In this document: positions 30,077-40,115 of the stretch, piece by piece
How the letters are laid out: the number at the start of each line of letters is the position of its first letter
How positions within the stretch are numbered: the stretch's first letter is position 1
NCBI GenBank assembly: GCA_965243025.1
Contig: CBDETY010000003.1
Location: forward strand, 448,001-512,000
Reading direction: 5' to 3'
Length of the DNA: 64,000 bases
DNA from: Candidatus Latescibacterota bacterium
GTDB lineage: Bacteria > Latescibacterota > UBA2968 > UBA8231
Translations under genes and position numbers: made by a program
Notes under the pieces: generated by a model
Seen by the model: the letters and a program-made list of their open reading frames with translations, nothing else
The model's database searches: none
What the model was told of the DNA's origin: nothing

Positions 30077-31998
30077 TGGAGCGGCTTTCTCCTGCGGCAA
30101 CCTGGCGGCCGGTCGCGGCGCTGGTATTCCTGGCGCTGTCGGCGGCCTCGGCCGAGGTGCGGACCTTCGTCCTCGGGGGCGGGGAGCACCCCTGGGAAGG
30201 GGGCGGCGACGGCACCGATCCGGTCATCCTGGCGGGCAGCCGCTACAGCCCCACCCTCGACACGACCAACACCCCCGACAACGACATCGAGTTCGCGGCG
30301 CGGCGCGGCTGGGTCAGCCCGACCTTCTTCGACGGCAGCCGCAACATCGCCTCGCTGGTGCTCGATGGGGGCTCGATCACGGCGCCCAACTCCTCGACCT
30401 CGGCGACTGTGCTGCTCAGGGCGCAGCTGGCGGGCACGGTCAACGGCGATCACGAGGTCGCCTTCGAGCGCAAGCCGGTGCCGTTCAACCCGGTGGTGCC
30501 GGCGTTCGGCATCTGGGTCATCCTCGACTTCGGGCAGCGGGTCGGGGTCGAGCGCATCCGCTTCTACCCGCGCAACACCGTGGTAGCCAGTCCCGACCAC
30601 CCCTTCCACAACGACTTCCTGCGCGGCTACGAGGTGTGGCTGAACGAGCGGCTGACGAGCACCATCGAGGGGGCCCCCGACCGCCTCGCGGTGCGGGTGC
30701 ACGACAACGAGGAGCCGGTGGTCGACGTGCCGCTGACCCCGCAGTACGTCCGCCTCATCAAGCTGCGGTCCCTGACCGAGCTGCCGTTCGAGGTCGACGA
30801 GATCGAGGTGTACGGGACCGGGTACCTTCCCGGGGGAACCTACCTGTCGGACCTGATCGACCTCGGCAGCCCGGCTACCATAGGGCGGATCCGCTGGCGC
30901 GAGCAGGTGGTCGGGGAGGAGCTCTTCTCGAACCTGAGCGTCGGCATGCGCTCCGGCCACGACGATACGCCGATCCTGTTTCTGCAGCGCGTACAGAAGG
31001 GCCTTTTCACCGTTTTCATCCCGGTGACGGCGGAGGAGTACTGGGAACTGCCCCGCAACGAGCAGGTGACGCTCCAGGAAGACCTGGAAAACTGGAGCCC
31101 CTGGAAGACGGTGGAGAACCGCGGCCTCAACCCGGCCCCGGCGCCGCGGCGGTTCGTCCGCTTCCGCATGGAGTTCGCCGGGGGCCTCTTCGACACCCGG
31201 CTCGTCGAGCGGCTCGAGTTCGACTACCTGCAGCCCCCGCTCGCCGACACCCTGCGCGCCGAGGTGTACCCGCGGCTGGCCAGGGCGGAGGAGCCGGCGA
31301 CCTTCCGCTACGCCGTGCTCCTGGGCCGCCGGGGCGATATCCACGGGTACGACCGCCTCGAGATCGACAGCAACGCCCCGGTCGAGGATATCCGCAACGT
31401 CCAGGTCGACGGCGTCCCGGTCGAGTTCGAGATCGAGTCCTCGACCCGGGACGGATTCCGCATCAGCCTGCCGCGGATCGACCGCGACGGCTCGCTCCTC
31501 GAGCTGACCTTCGACATCCCGATCTTCCGCTTCGGCACCACCTTCTCCGGGAGGGTTTTCGACAGCCGCTTCCCCACCGTGCCGCAACGGCTCGAGCCGG
31601 GCAACGCCGTCGACTTCGGGCCGGACGACGTCGACGAGCTGTCGAACCTCACCGTCGAGATCCCCAAGGAGCAGATCGGCCGGCTGGTGGGGGAGATCGC
31701 CTTCGACAGCCGCGTCGTCACCCCGAACGGGGACGGCGCCAACGACGAGCTGCGGGTCGGTTTCAACCTGCTGCAGGTGGTCCGGGAGGTGCCTGTCTCC
31801 TTCGAGCTCTACGACCTGTCGGGGCGCTCCGTCGCCTCCCTGGAGGCCGAGCGGGGACTGGGGCCGGCCTCCTTCACCTGGGACGGGCGCACCGCGGACG
31901 GCCTGCGGGTGCTTCCCGGAACCTATGTCTGGGTGCTCCGCGTCGCCGCCGACGCCTTCGAGGAAGCCCACTCAGGCGTTATCGCGGTGGTGTACTGA
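30076..31998 (+). CDS. Secreted protein with discoidin-like region and C-terminal FlgD-Ig domain
   Basis: Signal ..ASA|E; LDFG..RIRFYPR, DEIEVYG, VTPNGDGAND, WDGRT..PGTYVWVL; ends AVVY. Confidence 0.72.
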   Translation: MERLSPAATWRPVAALVFLALSAASAEVRTFVLGGGEHPWEGGGDGTDPVILAGSRYSPTLDTTNTPDNDIEFAARRGWVSPTFFDGSRNIASLVLDGGSITAPNSSTSATVLLRAQLAGTVNGDHEVAFERKPVPFNPVVPAFGIWVILDFGQRVGVERIRFYPRNTVVASPDHPFHNDFLRGYEVWLNERLTSTIEGAPDRLAVRVHDNEEPVVDVPLTPQYVRLIKLRSLTELPFEVDEIEVYGTGYLPGGTYLSDLIDLGSPATIGRIRWREQVVGEELFSNLSVGMRSGHDDTPILFLQRVQKGLFTVFIPVTAEEYWELPRNEQVTLQEDLENWSPWKTVENRGLNPAPAPRRFVRFRMEFAGGLFDTRLVERLEFDYLQPPLADTLRAEVYPRLARAEEPATFRYAVLLGRRGDIHGYDRLEIDSNAPVEDIRNVQVDGVPVEFEIESSTRDGFRISLPRIDRDGSLLELTFDIPIFRFGTTFSGRVFDSRFPTVPQRLEPGNAVDFGPDDVDELSNLTVEIPKEQIGRLVGEIAFDSRVVTPNGDGANDELRVGFNLLQVVREVPVSFELYDLSGRSVASLEAERGLGPASFTWDGRTADGLRVLPGTYVWVLRVAADAFEEAHSGVIAVVY

Positions 31999-34637
31999 TG
32001 AGACGTTCCATACTGACAGCGACGGCTGCCCTGCTGCTGGCCGCCCCCGCCCTCGAAGCCCAGGAGTTCGGGGCCCGCCTGGGCACGGTGACCCGCGGCG
32101 GCCGCGTGACCTTCGAGCCGGCCGGCCCGGGGATTCTCACCGACGCCCTCGATCCGGCGGTGCACAAGTGGTACGTGCCGCAGGAGCTCTACGTCGAGTA
32201 CCAGTGGCGCCAGCGGGAGTACTCCAACTACTCGCGGCGCCAGTACCAGCGCTACGTCAGCACCGCCCTCGAGGGGGAGTACTTCTACGACGTGTACGGC
32301 AACTACCTGACGCGGGGCTGGCTGATCTACGACTGGCGGCAGCGCAACCCGCAGCCGTTCGGCAGCACCCTCGAGAAGAGCTTCCTGTTCAGCGCCTGGT
32401 TCAACAACCTCGTCGTCGCCGCCGACCACAAGGGGCAGTACAACTACGCGATCACCCTCGGCAGCCAGATCCGCACCACCCTGACGCCGATGACCTTCTC
32501 CAAGCCGCTGTTCAACGGCGTCCAGTGGGACTTCGCCTCCGACAAGTACGAGGCCACGGTGCTGATGTCGCGGGTCAGCGCCCCCAACTCGTCGGGGTTC
32601 GCCGGGGAGGCGCGGACCAACAACACCAACCTCCTGGGCGGCAGGGTGGTCGCCCAGGTCGGCGACTTCGCCCGCATCGGCGGCACCTACGTCAACTCCC
32701 ACCACTCGCAGTCGCAGCTCGAGGCCGTCAACGGCGACATCTTCCAGGGGCAGCTGACCGAGGCGATGAACTTCGCCCCGGTGACGGAGATCGCCGTGCT
32801 GATCAAGGACGACTCCCCCGAGGACAGCGAGGGGGGCGGCGCCTTCTTCTCCAGCGACATCCTCATCCGGGACGTCGAGGGGAACGAGGTGCGCGGCAGC
32901 GAGATCGGGTTCCGCCCCTTCGTCGACGGGGGGTTCGAGCGCCGCGGCTACCTCTCCGCCGACGGCACCGAGGAGATCCAGCTGCGCTACGACTTCACCG
33001 ACGTCAGCTACATCGGTCCGAGCGCCACCGACATCGAGCGCGTCCAGGTCGAGCTGGTGGTCGCCAACGACTACCTGATCGAGATCTCCTCCGACCGCCA
33101 GTACAACGACCGGGAGCAGCGGGTCTTCCTGCCGGCGGCGCAGGCGGCGGGCAACGTCAAGGACGGCTCGAACCAGCGCGTCATCGCCATCGACTACGGG
33201 CTGCCGACCGCCAACCAGATCGCCGGGTTCACCATCGAGGTCGCCGACCTGCACGGGTTCAAGGGGTACGCCGAGGTCGACGTCAACCACCAGTTCCGCC
33301 AGTTCCCCAACCCGGGGCTGAGGACCCACCACTCGGCGAGCACCCAGGCGCTGGCCTGGATGGTCAACGTGTCGAAGACGGCCCTGCCCTGGTTCGCTTT
33401 CGTCGAGCTGTTCAGCGTCTCGCCGCGCTACTCGACCTCGTTCGTCACCTCCGACGAAAGAGGGGTGCTCGACTTCGGAAACGACTTCGAGCTCTACGAG
33501 ATGGTCGAGGACAACGACGACCAGGACCGGCGGCCCGACTGGCGGCGCAAGGGCTGGGGGGCCGGCGACGAGGAGGTGTTCCCCGGCTGGGACGAGAACA
33601 ACGACTTCATCTCCGACTTCAACCAGAACGACAACGAGGACCGCCCCAACCTGATCCCCGACTACGAGGAGCCGTTCCTGCGTTTCCACGCCGACCGCCC
33701 GGAGTTCCTCTACGGCGTCGACATGAACCACAACGCGGTGATCGACCGCTTCGAGAACGACGAGGAGCCCGACTACCCCTACAAGCGGAACCGGCAGGGA
33801 TTCAACCTGTTCGGCGGCGCCAACCTCGGCCCGGACTCCCGGCTGATGGCGGGGCGCATGCAGATGGACCAGCTGACCGACGACCGCGTCACCGAGGCCT
33901 CGTACGTCACCCTGGCCGGCGAACGCGACCACCCGCTCTGGGGCCGCCTCCTGGTGTTCCAGGACCTGCGCCGGGTCAGGGACACGATAACCGACGATCT
34001 CCTGCAGTGGCGGCAGCCGGCGGGCACGCGCGGGGCGCTGCAGCTGGTCGAGGACCGGCTGCCGGCGAGGAACACCTGGATCAACACCACCTGGCTGGGG
34101 CTGAACCACGGTGTTCCGGGGGGAATCCGCCTGAACCACAAGCTCAAGTGGCAGTGGTACCACCAGCTCGACGACGACCTCGAGCTGCGCCTCAACGGGA
34201 CGCGGCGGGACGGCTCCTTCCTCGGCCTGATCAACAAGGCGGAGTACGCCCTCGAGCTCGGCAACTGGACCCTGGTGCCGCGCTGGAAGAGCGAGTTCCG
34301 GCGCCAGGTGCCGGTGTTCTCCGACGAGTTCAAGCGCCGCGAGCTGACCGAGCTGTTCATGGCGATGCTGCGCTTCCCGGTGATGGACAAGAGCTTCGTC
34401 GAGCTGGGCCTCGAGTACGAGATCTTCAGGCAGCTGCGGGATCCGCCACCCCCCGACAGCGAGGACAGCTCGACCGGGCTGACGACGGCGGTGCAGCTGC
34501 GCAACGCCTCCGCCTACATGGGGTACGACCTGATGACGACCTTCGGCTTCGAGCTGGTGCGCACCGACCCGAAGGGACTGAGGCCGGAGGTGACGACCCG
34601 GAGCTTCATCACCATCTACGCCGGGGTTCAGCTGTGA
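31998..34637 (+). CDS. Large exported, probably outer-membrane protein, paralog of 27401-30076
   Basis: Signal ..LEA|Q; shared motifs LTP.TF.KP.FNG, DDSPED, PGWDENND, EFL.G.DMNHN..IDRFEND and PRWKSE. Confidence 0.62.
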   Translation: MRRSILTATAALLLAAPALEAQEFGARLGTVTRGGRVTFEPAGPGILTDALDPAVHKWYVPQELYVEYQWRQREYSNYSRRQYQRYVSTALEGEYFYDVYGNYLTRGWLIYDWRQRNPQPFGSTLEKSFLFSAWFNNLVVAADHKGQYNYAITLGSQIRTTLTPMTFSKPLFNGVQWDFASDKYEATVLMSRVSAPNSSGFAGEARTNNTNLLGGRVVAQVGDFARIGGTYVNSHHSQSQLEAVNGDIFQGQLTEAMNFAPVTEIAVLIKDDSPEDSEGGGAFFSSDILIRDVEGNEVRGSEIGFRPFVDGGFERRGYLSADGTEEIQLRYDFTDVSYIGPSATDIERVQVELVVANDYLIEISSDRQYNDREQRVFLPAAQAAGNVKDGSNQRVIAIDYGLPTANQIAGFTIEVADLHGFKGYAEVDVNHQFRQFPNPGLRTHHSASTQALAWMVNVSKTALPWFAFVELFSVSPRYSTSFVTSDERGVLDFGNDFELYEMVEDNDDQDRRPDWRRKGWGAGDEEVFPGWDENNDFISDFNQNDNEDRPNLIPDYEEPFLRFHADRPEFLYGVDMNHNAVIDRFENDEEPDYPYKRNRQGFNLFGGANLGPDSRLMAGRMQMDQLTDDRVTEASYVTLAGERDHPLWGRLLVFQDLRRVRDTITDDLLQWRQPAGTRGALQLVEDRLPARNTWINTTWLGLNHGVPGGIRLNHKLKWQWYHQLDDDLELRLNGTRRDGSFLGLINKAEYALELGNWTLVPRWKSEFRRQVPVFSDEFKRRELTELFMAMLRFPVMDKSFVELGLEYEIFRQLRDPPPPDSEDSSTGLTTAVQLRNASAYMGYDLMTTFGFELVRTDPKGLRPEVTTRSFITIYAGVQL

Positions 34638-36295
34638 GACGGGCGGCGCCGGCGCTGTTTCTGCTGATCGCCTGCGGCGGGCCGGCCGACGAGCCCCTCG
34701 TGCAGGTGCTGGACGTCGCCATCGGAGAGAGGGAGCTGGAGGAGTATGTCTCGAGGCTGCCCGAGGGGCTGAGGCCGGATGCCCCCGGCGGGGAAGCGCG
34801 GGAGGAGGCGGTCCGCGGCCTGCTCCAGAGCCTCGTCGACCGCGAGCTGATGATGGCCGAGGCGCTGGCCCTCGGGTACGGGGAAGAACCCGGGATCAAA
34901 GGGCGCCTCCGCACAATCTACGTGAGGCGGCTCAGGGAGCAGGTCCAGGCCGTGGCCCTGGGGGACTCGGTCTCCGTCGGGGAAGAGGAGATCGAGGAGG
35001 CGTACCTGCGGGAGGGCTGGGACCGGAAGCTGCGCATCGCCCACATCTCCTGCGCTACCGAGGCCGAGGCGCAGGAGGTGGCGCGCGCCCTGGGTGAGGG
35101 GGCGGACTTCGCGGAGTTGGCGGAGCAGCGGTCCGCCGCCCCGGACGCCGGACGGGGCGGGGACCTGGGGCGCTACCTCGGGCCCGGTGAGCTGCCCGGG
35201 GAGCTCTGGAACGCGGTCCGCGGACTGGCTCCGGGGGAGGTCGCCGGCCCCCTGGCCGCCGCAAGGGGCTTCGAGCTTCTGACCGTCCTCGACACGGCCC
35301 CGGTTTCTGTCGAGGAGGCGGGCCCGGCGGTGGGCGCGGCCCTGAAGCGCCGCAAGGAGGCGGCGCGCCGCCAGGCCTGGCTCGAGGAGCTGGAACGGAG
35401 GTTCGGCGTCGCCTACCACCCCGAAGCGGTGGTCGCCATGGCGCGGGCGGCCCGCCGGGATTCCGGGGCCGGGCTCGACCCGGACGCCCCGGCCCTGACC
35501 TGGGCCGGCGGCAGGGAGCTCTCGGCGCGGGAAGCGGGCCGGATCCTGGCCGGGAAGCGCATGAAACCGCCGGCCCTCGCAGACAGCGCCTCGGTCGCCT
35601 GGGCTCTCCGCCATTGGGTGATCGCCGACACCGTGGCGGTGCTGGAAGCGGAGCGCCGCGGCCTTCACGAAACCGGGGAGTTCACCGCGGCGGTGGAGCT
35701 GGAGCTGAAGCGCCTGCTCGTCAACCAGGTGCGGCGCCGGGAGGTTCTCGACAAGGTCGGCGCTCCCGGGGAGGAGGAGCTGCGGGAACGGTACGAGGAA
35801 ATCAAGGGAGAGTTCGCGCTGCCGGCGTCGGTGGAGGTGATCGAGATCCTCGTCGAGTCAGCGCACGCCGCCGGCTCGCTGCGGCAGCGGATCGAAGCCG
35901 GCGCCGACATGGAGAAGCTGGCCCGGGACCACAGCGTCCGTCAGGGGGCCGCAGACGCCGGCGGGCATTTCCACCTGAACGAAGGGGAGCGGGAGAAATG
36001 GGGGCGGCTCCTGGACATCGTCTTTGAAGCGGAAGAAGGAGCGCTGCTGGGGCCGCTGGAGGTCGAGGGCGGGTTCACGGTCGTGCGCGTCGGAAGGCAG
36101 CTGCCCGCGAGGCCGCGGTCGTTCGAGGAGTTGACCCCGATCCTTCGGCGCCAGGTCAGGCAGGCGAGGAACAGCGAGGCGTTCCAGAAGTATATCGAGG
36201 GGCTTCGGGACCGCTACGGAAACAGCGTCGAATGGCGCGACGAACGTATCGGACAGGTGGAGTTGAACTGGCGGAATTCAAGGGAGGAACAATAA
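34634..36295 (+). CDS. PpiC/SurA-like peptidyl-prolyl isomerase lipoprotein with two rotamase domains
   Basis: GTG start with lipobox LLIA|C; AHI..GADFAELAEQRS..GGDLG and EIL..GADMEKLARDHS. Confidence 0.82.
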   Translation: MRRAAPALFLLIACGGPADEPLVQVLDVAIGERELEEYVSRLPEGLRPDAPGGEAREEAVRGLLQSLVDRELMMAEALALGYGEEPGIKGRLRTIYVRRLREQVQAVALGDSVSVGEEEIEEAYLREGWDRKLRIAHISCATEAEAQEVARALGEGADFAELAEQRSAAPDAGRGGDLGRYLGPGELPGELWNAVRGLAPGEVAGPLAAARGFELLTVLDTAPVSVEEAGPAVGAALKRRKEAARRQAWLEELERRFGVAYHPEAVVAMARAARRDSGAGLDPDAPALTWAGGRELSAREAGRILAGKRMKPPALADSASVAWALRHWVIADTVAVLEAERRGLHETGEFTAAVELELKRLLVNQVRRREVLDKVGAPGEEELRERYEEIKGEFALPASVEVIEILVESAHAAGSLRQRIEAGADMEKLARDHSVRQGAADAGGHFHLNEGEREKWGRLLDIVFEAEEGALLGPLEVEGGFTVVRVGRQLPARPRSFEELTPILRRQVRQARNSEAFQKYIEGLRDRYGNSVEWRDERIGQVELNWRNSREEQ

Positions 36296-36384
36296 AGAAC
36301 CCTTGTTCCGCCAGCGCTTCGGCTGCGGGAAGACCCGCCGGCGAGGGGGAGGAAGACCGACGGTCCGCATGATTCCGCAGGAAC

Positions 36385-36434
36385 GAAAAAGTGAAGCCGG
36401 GCAAGGCGTTATGCCTCCCCCGGCTTCACTTTCG
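36385..36434. terminator. Probable bidirectional intrinsic terminator
   Basis: aaaaagtgaagccggg ... cccggcttcacttt inverted repeat between convergent genes; U-tract is stronger on the minus strand. Confidence 0.65.
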
Positions 36435-36633
36435 AAGGACCGTGCCGTTGCGGTTCCACTATATGAGTGACCGGCGAAACGGCGTCACTGTTTCAAACAG
36501 CCTGCAGGATTGAACCCGTAGCGAAAACCGGGAAGCTCCTGACAGGAACTACAAGAACAACACGACGAAGAAACAGTCAGAAACACCCGAGTAGTCAGCC
36601 GCGGGGCGTTTCCGTCTGTTGGGCGCTACCCTT

Positions 36634-37062
36634 TCAGCTCAATCCCGCGAGCGTCAGCTCGGCGTCCTTCCGTCCCATGCCGCGCAGCTCGGCGATCGCT
36701 TCCCTGTTGGCGGCGCGCGGTTTCGACTTGCCCTGCTCCCAGTTGAGGATGGTAATGGCACTGACTCCGAGGAGCTTGCCCATCTGGGCCTGGGAAAGGC
36801 GCAACCGCTTGCGATGCTTCTTGATCGATGCCGGGGTAATCCTGATCGCGGTCTGAGTCGGGGCGGCGGCCTTGGCGTTGCCGGAGGGCTTCCCTGTGGA
36901 CTTGGCCGCGGTCCCCTGCGCCCCGGCAATCTGCGACCTGAGCGCAGTCACTTCCCGTTCCAGACTGCGGATTTGATCGTTGAGCGGGTTTAAGGCGCTT
37001 CGCAGTTCTCGGCCGGCCACTCGCGACATTTCTTCTCTGAGTGCTTTACCTAGGTCAGGCAT
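36634..37062 (-). CDS. XRE-family HTH protein with N-terminal coiled coil
   Basis: AAGGAG RBS; IKKHRKRLRLSQAQMGKLLGVSAITILNWEQGKSKP. Confidence 0.85.
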   Translation of the reverse strand: MPDLGKALREEMSRVAGRELRSALNPLNDQIRSLEREVTALRSQIAGAQGTAAKSTGKPSGNAKAAAPTQTAIRITPASIKKHRKRLRLSQAQMGKLLGVSAITILNWEQGKSKPRAANREAIAELRGMGRKDAELTLAGLS

Positions 37063-37401
37063 GTAGCTCCTTCCTTATAACAAAGAGTTTGCAGTTGGTT
37101 TAATGGCGAATTTGACAAACATATAAGCGCAGGCAAATCCGGCATACTAGGGCGGCTGATTTCCAAAATATAAGAAGGAACCGCGAATTCGGCACCCATG
37201 CCCGCGACGGGGTTTTTTTCCCCTGGAATTCCCGGGGACGGGGCCGGGCCAGGAGGGGGCTTGCCGGAAAGTACCCCCGCGTCCGGATCGGGGCGGTCCG
37301 GGGCGCTGGCGTCCCGTCGCAGAGACGGATTGACGAAATCGGCAGGCCGAACCGGGATGGACCGGCGTCCCGATGCCCGCTTTTTCCGCGACCGGAGGCT
37401 G

Positions 37402-38724
37402 TTACTGCATGGAGGCGACGGCGCTCTCGATGCGGTCGAGGGCTTCGTCGATGTCGGCGAGGGAGTGCGAGGCCGAAACGCCGTGATGGCCGGCCACGAG
37501 GTCGCCGTAGTCGTGGAAGTAGACGCCGCTGTCGGCGCAGGCGCGGATGAAGCGCGTGCCCGTCTCGCGGTCGCGTTTCAAGGTGTCGTCGAAGTGTTCC
37601 ACCGGATCGGTGAACCCGAAGAAGATCCCGAAGCGGGCGCCCAGCCCCTGGACCCGGGCGGGCACGCCGGCCCTGTCGAAGATCTCCGCCATCCCGGCGT
37701 ACAACCGCTGCGAAGCCATTTCGATGTGGTCGTAGAAGCCGAAGCTGGTGATCTCGTTCACCGAGGCGAGGGCGCAGTTGATCGCCGGCGGATTGCCGGT
37801 GAAGGTGCCGCTCTGGCAGACCTCCCCCTGCGGATTCACCTGGTTCATGATCCCGGCTTTCCCCGCGATTACGACCACGGCGCCGCCGTTGGCGACCGCC
37901 TTGCCGAGCACGCAGAGGTCGGGGGTGACCCCGTAATGCCCCTGGGCGCAGCCCGGCCCGGTGCGGAAGGCCGACAGGGTTTCGTCGTAGATGAGGGCGA
38001 TGCCGTTGGCGGTGGCCTGCTCGCGGACGAACCGCATGTACCCGGCGTCGGCGGTGATGCAGCCCTGGTTGTAGTTGATCGGCTCCATGATGATGCCGCC
38101 GATCTCGTCTCCGTGCTGATCGATGGCGCGCTCGAGGGCGGCCTCGTCCTTCCACGGGACGACGACGACGAGGTCGTCGAGCATCTCCGGCATGCCGGCC
38201 GATTCCCGCTGCGGCGGTATGATGCTTCCCGGCTCGACCGGGGTGAGGGGCGAGTGGGAGTTGTACATCACGTAGTCGTAGAGCCCGTGGAAATGCCCCC
38301 AGAACTTGAGGATCTTCGGTTTGCCGGTGTGGGCGCGGGCGAGGCGCACGCAGATCATCGTCCCTTCCGAGCCGGTGTTGCCGTAGCGCACCGCCTCGGC
38401 GCAGGGGATGATTTCGGTGATGCGGCGGGCGAGCTCGACGTGGGCCTCGGTTTCGTACCCGCACAGGATGCCGGCCTCGAGGACCGACTCCATCGCCTGC
38501 TTCGTCGCCGGGTGGTTGTACCCGAGGAAGGCGGCGCCGTGGGCGAGGTTGAAGTCGATGTACTCGTTGCCGTCGACGTCGCGGATGCGGCAGCCTTCGG
38601 CGGACTCGATGTGCAGGGCGTAGCCGAGGCAGGAGTTGATGCGGCCGGCGGCGCCGACGCCGCCCGGCATGTAGCGGGCGGCTTCCCGGCGGAGGTCAAG
38701 GCTCTTCAGGGCTTCGACGGTCAT
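37402..38724 (-). CDS. Class III aminotransferase (glutamate-1-semialdehyde aminomutase-like)
   Basis: MPGGV, DVDGNEYID, NTGSE, FHG, DETLSAFR, PDL..LGKAVANG (PLP Lys) and SGTFTGNP. Confidence 0.88.
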   Translation of the reverse strand: MTVEALKSLDLRREAARYMPGGVGAAGRINSCLGYALHIESAEGCRIRDVDGNEYIDFNLAHGAAFLGYNHPATKQAMESVLEAGILCGYETEAHVELARRITEIIPCAEAVRYGNTGSEGTMICVRLARAHTGKPKILKFWGHFHGLYDYVMYNSHSPLTPVEPGSIIPPQRESAGMPEMLDDLVVVVPWKDEAALERAIDQHGDEIGGIIMEPINYNQGCITADAGYMRFVREQATANGIALIYDETLSAFRTGPGCAQGHYGVTPDLCVLGKAVANGGAVVVIAGKAGIMNQVNPQGEVCQSGTFTGNPPAINCALASVNEITSFGFYDHIEMASQRLYAGMAEIFDRAGVPARVQGLGARFGIFFGFTDPVEHFDDTLKRDRETGTRFIRACADSGVYFHDYGDLVAGHHGVSASHSLADIDEALDRIESAVASMQ

Positions 38725-38756
38725 GGCGGTTTTCCCGGGTTTTTCGTGCGGTTGGG

Positions 38757-39785
38757 TCAGGAGGGCAGCGGCGCGGCCGGGTCGACGAGGCCCTGCTCCT
38801 TCAGCTCGGACCAGAACCCGGCGGGGATCTCCTCCTCGAGCAGGCCGGCGTTGGCCTCGAGCTCGGCGCGGGTGCGGCCGCCGGGGATGACGCAGGCGAC
38901 GGCCGGGTGCGCCAGCGGGAACTGCAGGGCCGCGGCGGGCAGGCGCACCCCGTGGCGCCCGCAGACCGCCTCGATGGCCGCGACGCGGTCGAGGATGCGG
39001 GGCGGGGCGGGAGCGTAGTTGTAGTACGCCCCCTCGACGGCCCCGGTGGCGAGAATCCCCGAGTTGTAGGGGCCGCCGATGACGACGCGCACCCCCTTCT
39101 CCTCGCAGAGCGGCAGCAGACTCTCCAGCGAGGTCTGCTCGAGCAGGGTGTAGCGCCCGGCGAGCAGGAAGCAGTCGAAGTCCCCGGCGCGCGCGAAGTC
39201 GGCCAGGACCTGCCACTGGTTCATGCCGGCCCCGACGGCCCTGATCACCCCCTGCGAGCGCAGCTCGTCGAGCACCGGGTAGGTCTCCTCCATCGCCTCC
39301 CTGAAGTGGCTGACGCCGTACGGATCGAAGTCCGGCTGCAGGCTGATCCCCTCGTCCGGGTCGTGGATGTAGACGATGTCGATGCGGTCGGTGCGGAGGC
39401 GCCCGAGGCTCTCGTCGAGGGAGCGCCTGACGGCGTCGGCGGAGAAGTCGAACTCCGATTTCAGCGGCGGGTGGTCGACGAAGAAGCCGTCCTCCGGATC
39501 GCCGCTTTCCCGCGGCACCAGGGAGTAGCCGACCTTGGTCGAGAGGACGATCCCGTCCCGGCGGGGGGCGAGGTGGGAGCCGAAGCGGCTCTCGCTGAGC
39601 CCGAAGCCGTAGAGGGGGGCGGTGTCGAAATAGCGGACGCCGGCCCCGTACGCGGCCGCGAGGCAGTCGGCCACGTCCTCCTCGGGGATCGCCTCGAAGA
39701 GGTTGCCCAGGGGGGCCCCGCCGAACCCCATGCGGGTCACTTCCAGGCCGAGCTTGCCGACCGATTGCCTCTCGTTGACTTTCAT
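38757..39785 (-). CDS. Aldo/keto reductase (D-threo-aldose/L-fucose dehydrogenase-like)
   Basis: GFGGAPLGN, FDTAPLYG, STKVG, IHDPD, LLAGRYTLL, GGPYNSGIL. Confidence 0.88.
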   Translation of the reverse strand: MKVNERQSVGKLGLEVTRMGFGGAPLGNLFEAIPEEDVADCLAAAYGAGVRYFDTAPLYGFGLSESRFGSHLAPRRDGIVLSTKVGYSLVPRESGDPEDGFFVDHPPLKSEFDFSADAVRRSLDESLGRLRTDRIDIVYIHDPDEGISLQPDFDPYGVSHFREAMEETYPVLDELRSQGVIRAVGAGMNQWQVLADFARAGDFDCFLLAGRYTLLEQTSLESLLPLCEEKGVRVVIGGPYNSGILATGAVEGAYYNYAPAPPRILDRVAAIEAVCGRHGVRLPAAALQFPLAHPAVACVIPGGRTRAELEANAGLLEEEIPAGFWSELKEQGLVDPAAPLPS

Positions 39786-40115
39786 GCCTTCACTCCCGTA
39801 GCGGAATGGCGTCGGGCCCGTTGGGGAAGCGGAAAATGCCTTCAACCGGCCGGTTGCGCGTCGAACATAGGGTGACCGCCGGCCGCGTCAATGAAGCGGG
39901 AGCAGGCGGAAGGGCCCCGAGGTTCGCATAGCGGCGACCCTGAGCAGCCCGTGGAAAAACCCGTCCGGGCCGGGGGCAGCCCTGGCCCTCGCCCGCAGAG
40001 CGACTTTGTCGCCGGGCTGTCGTGAACGGTCCGTGGCGGCCCCGCAGCCGCCGGTCTCCTCTCCGGAAAACCCTGCCGGCCCGGCACCCCTCCCATCAAT
40101 AAAGAGAGATCCTCC

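Noticed and set aside
37402-38724. Assigning hemL
   Set aside because: The family is clear, but the catabolic context and motif deviations do not support a tetrapyrrole-specific call.
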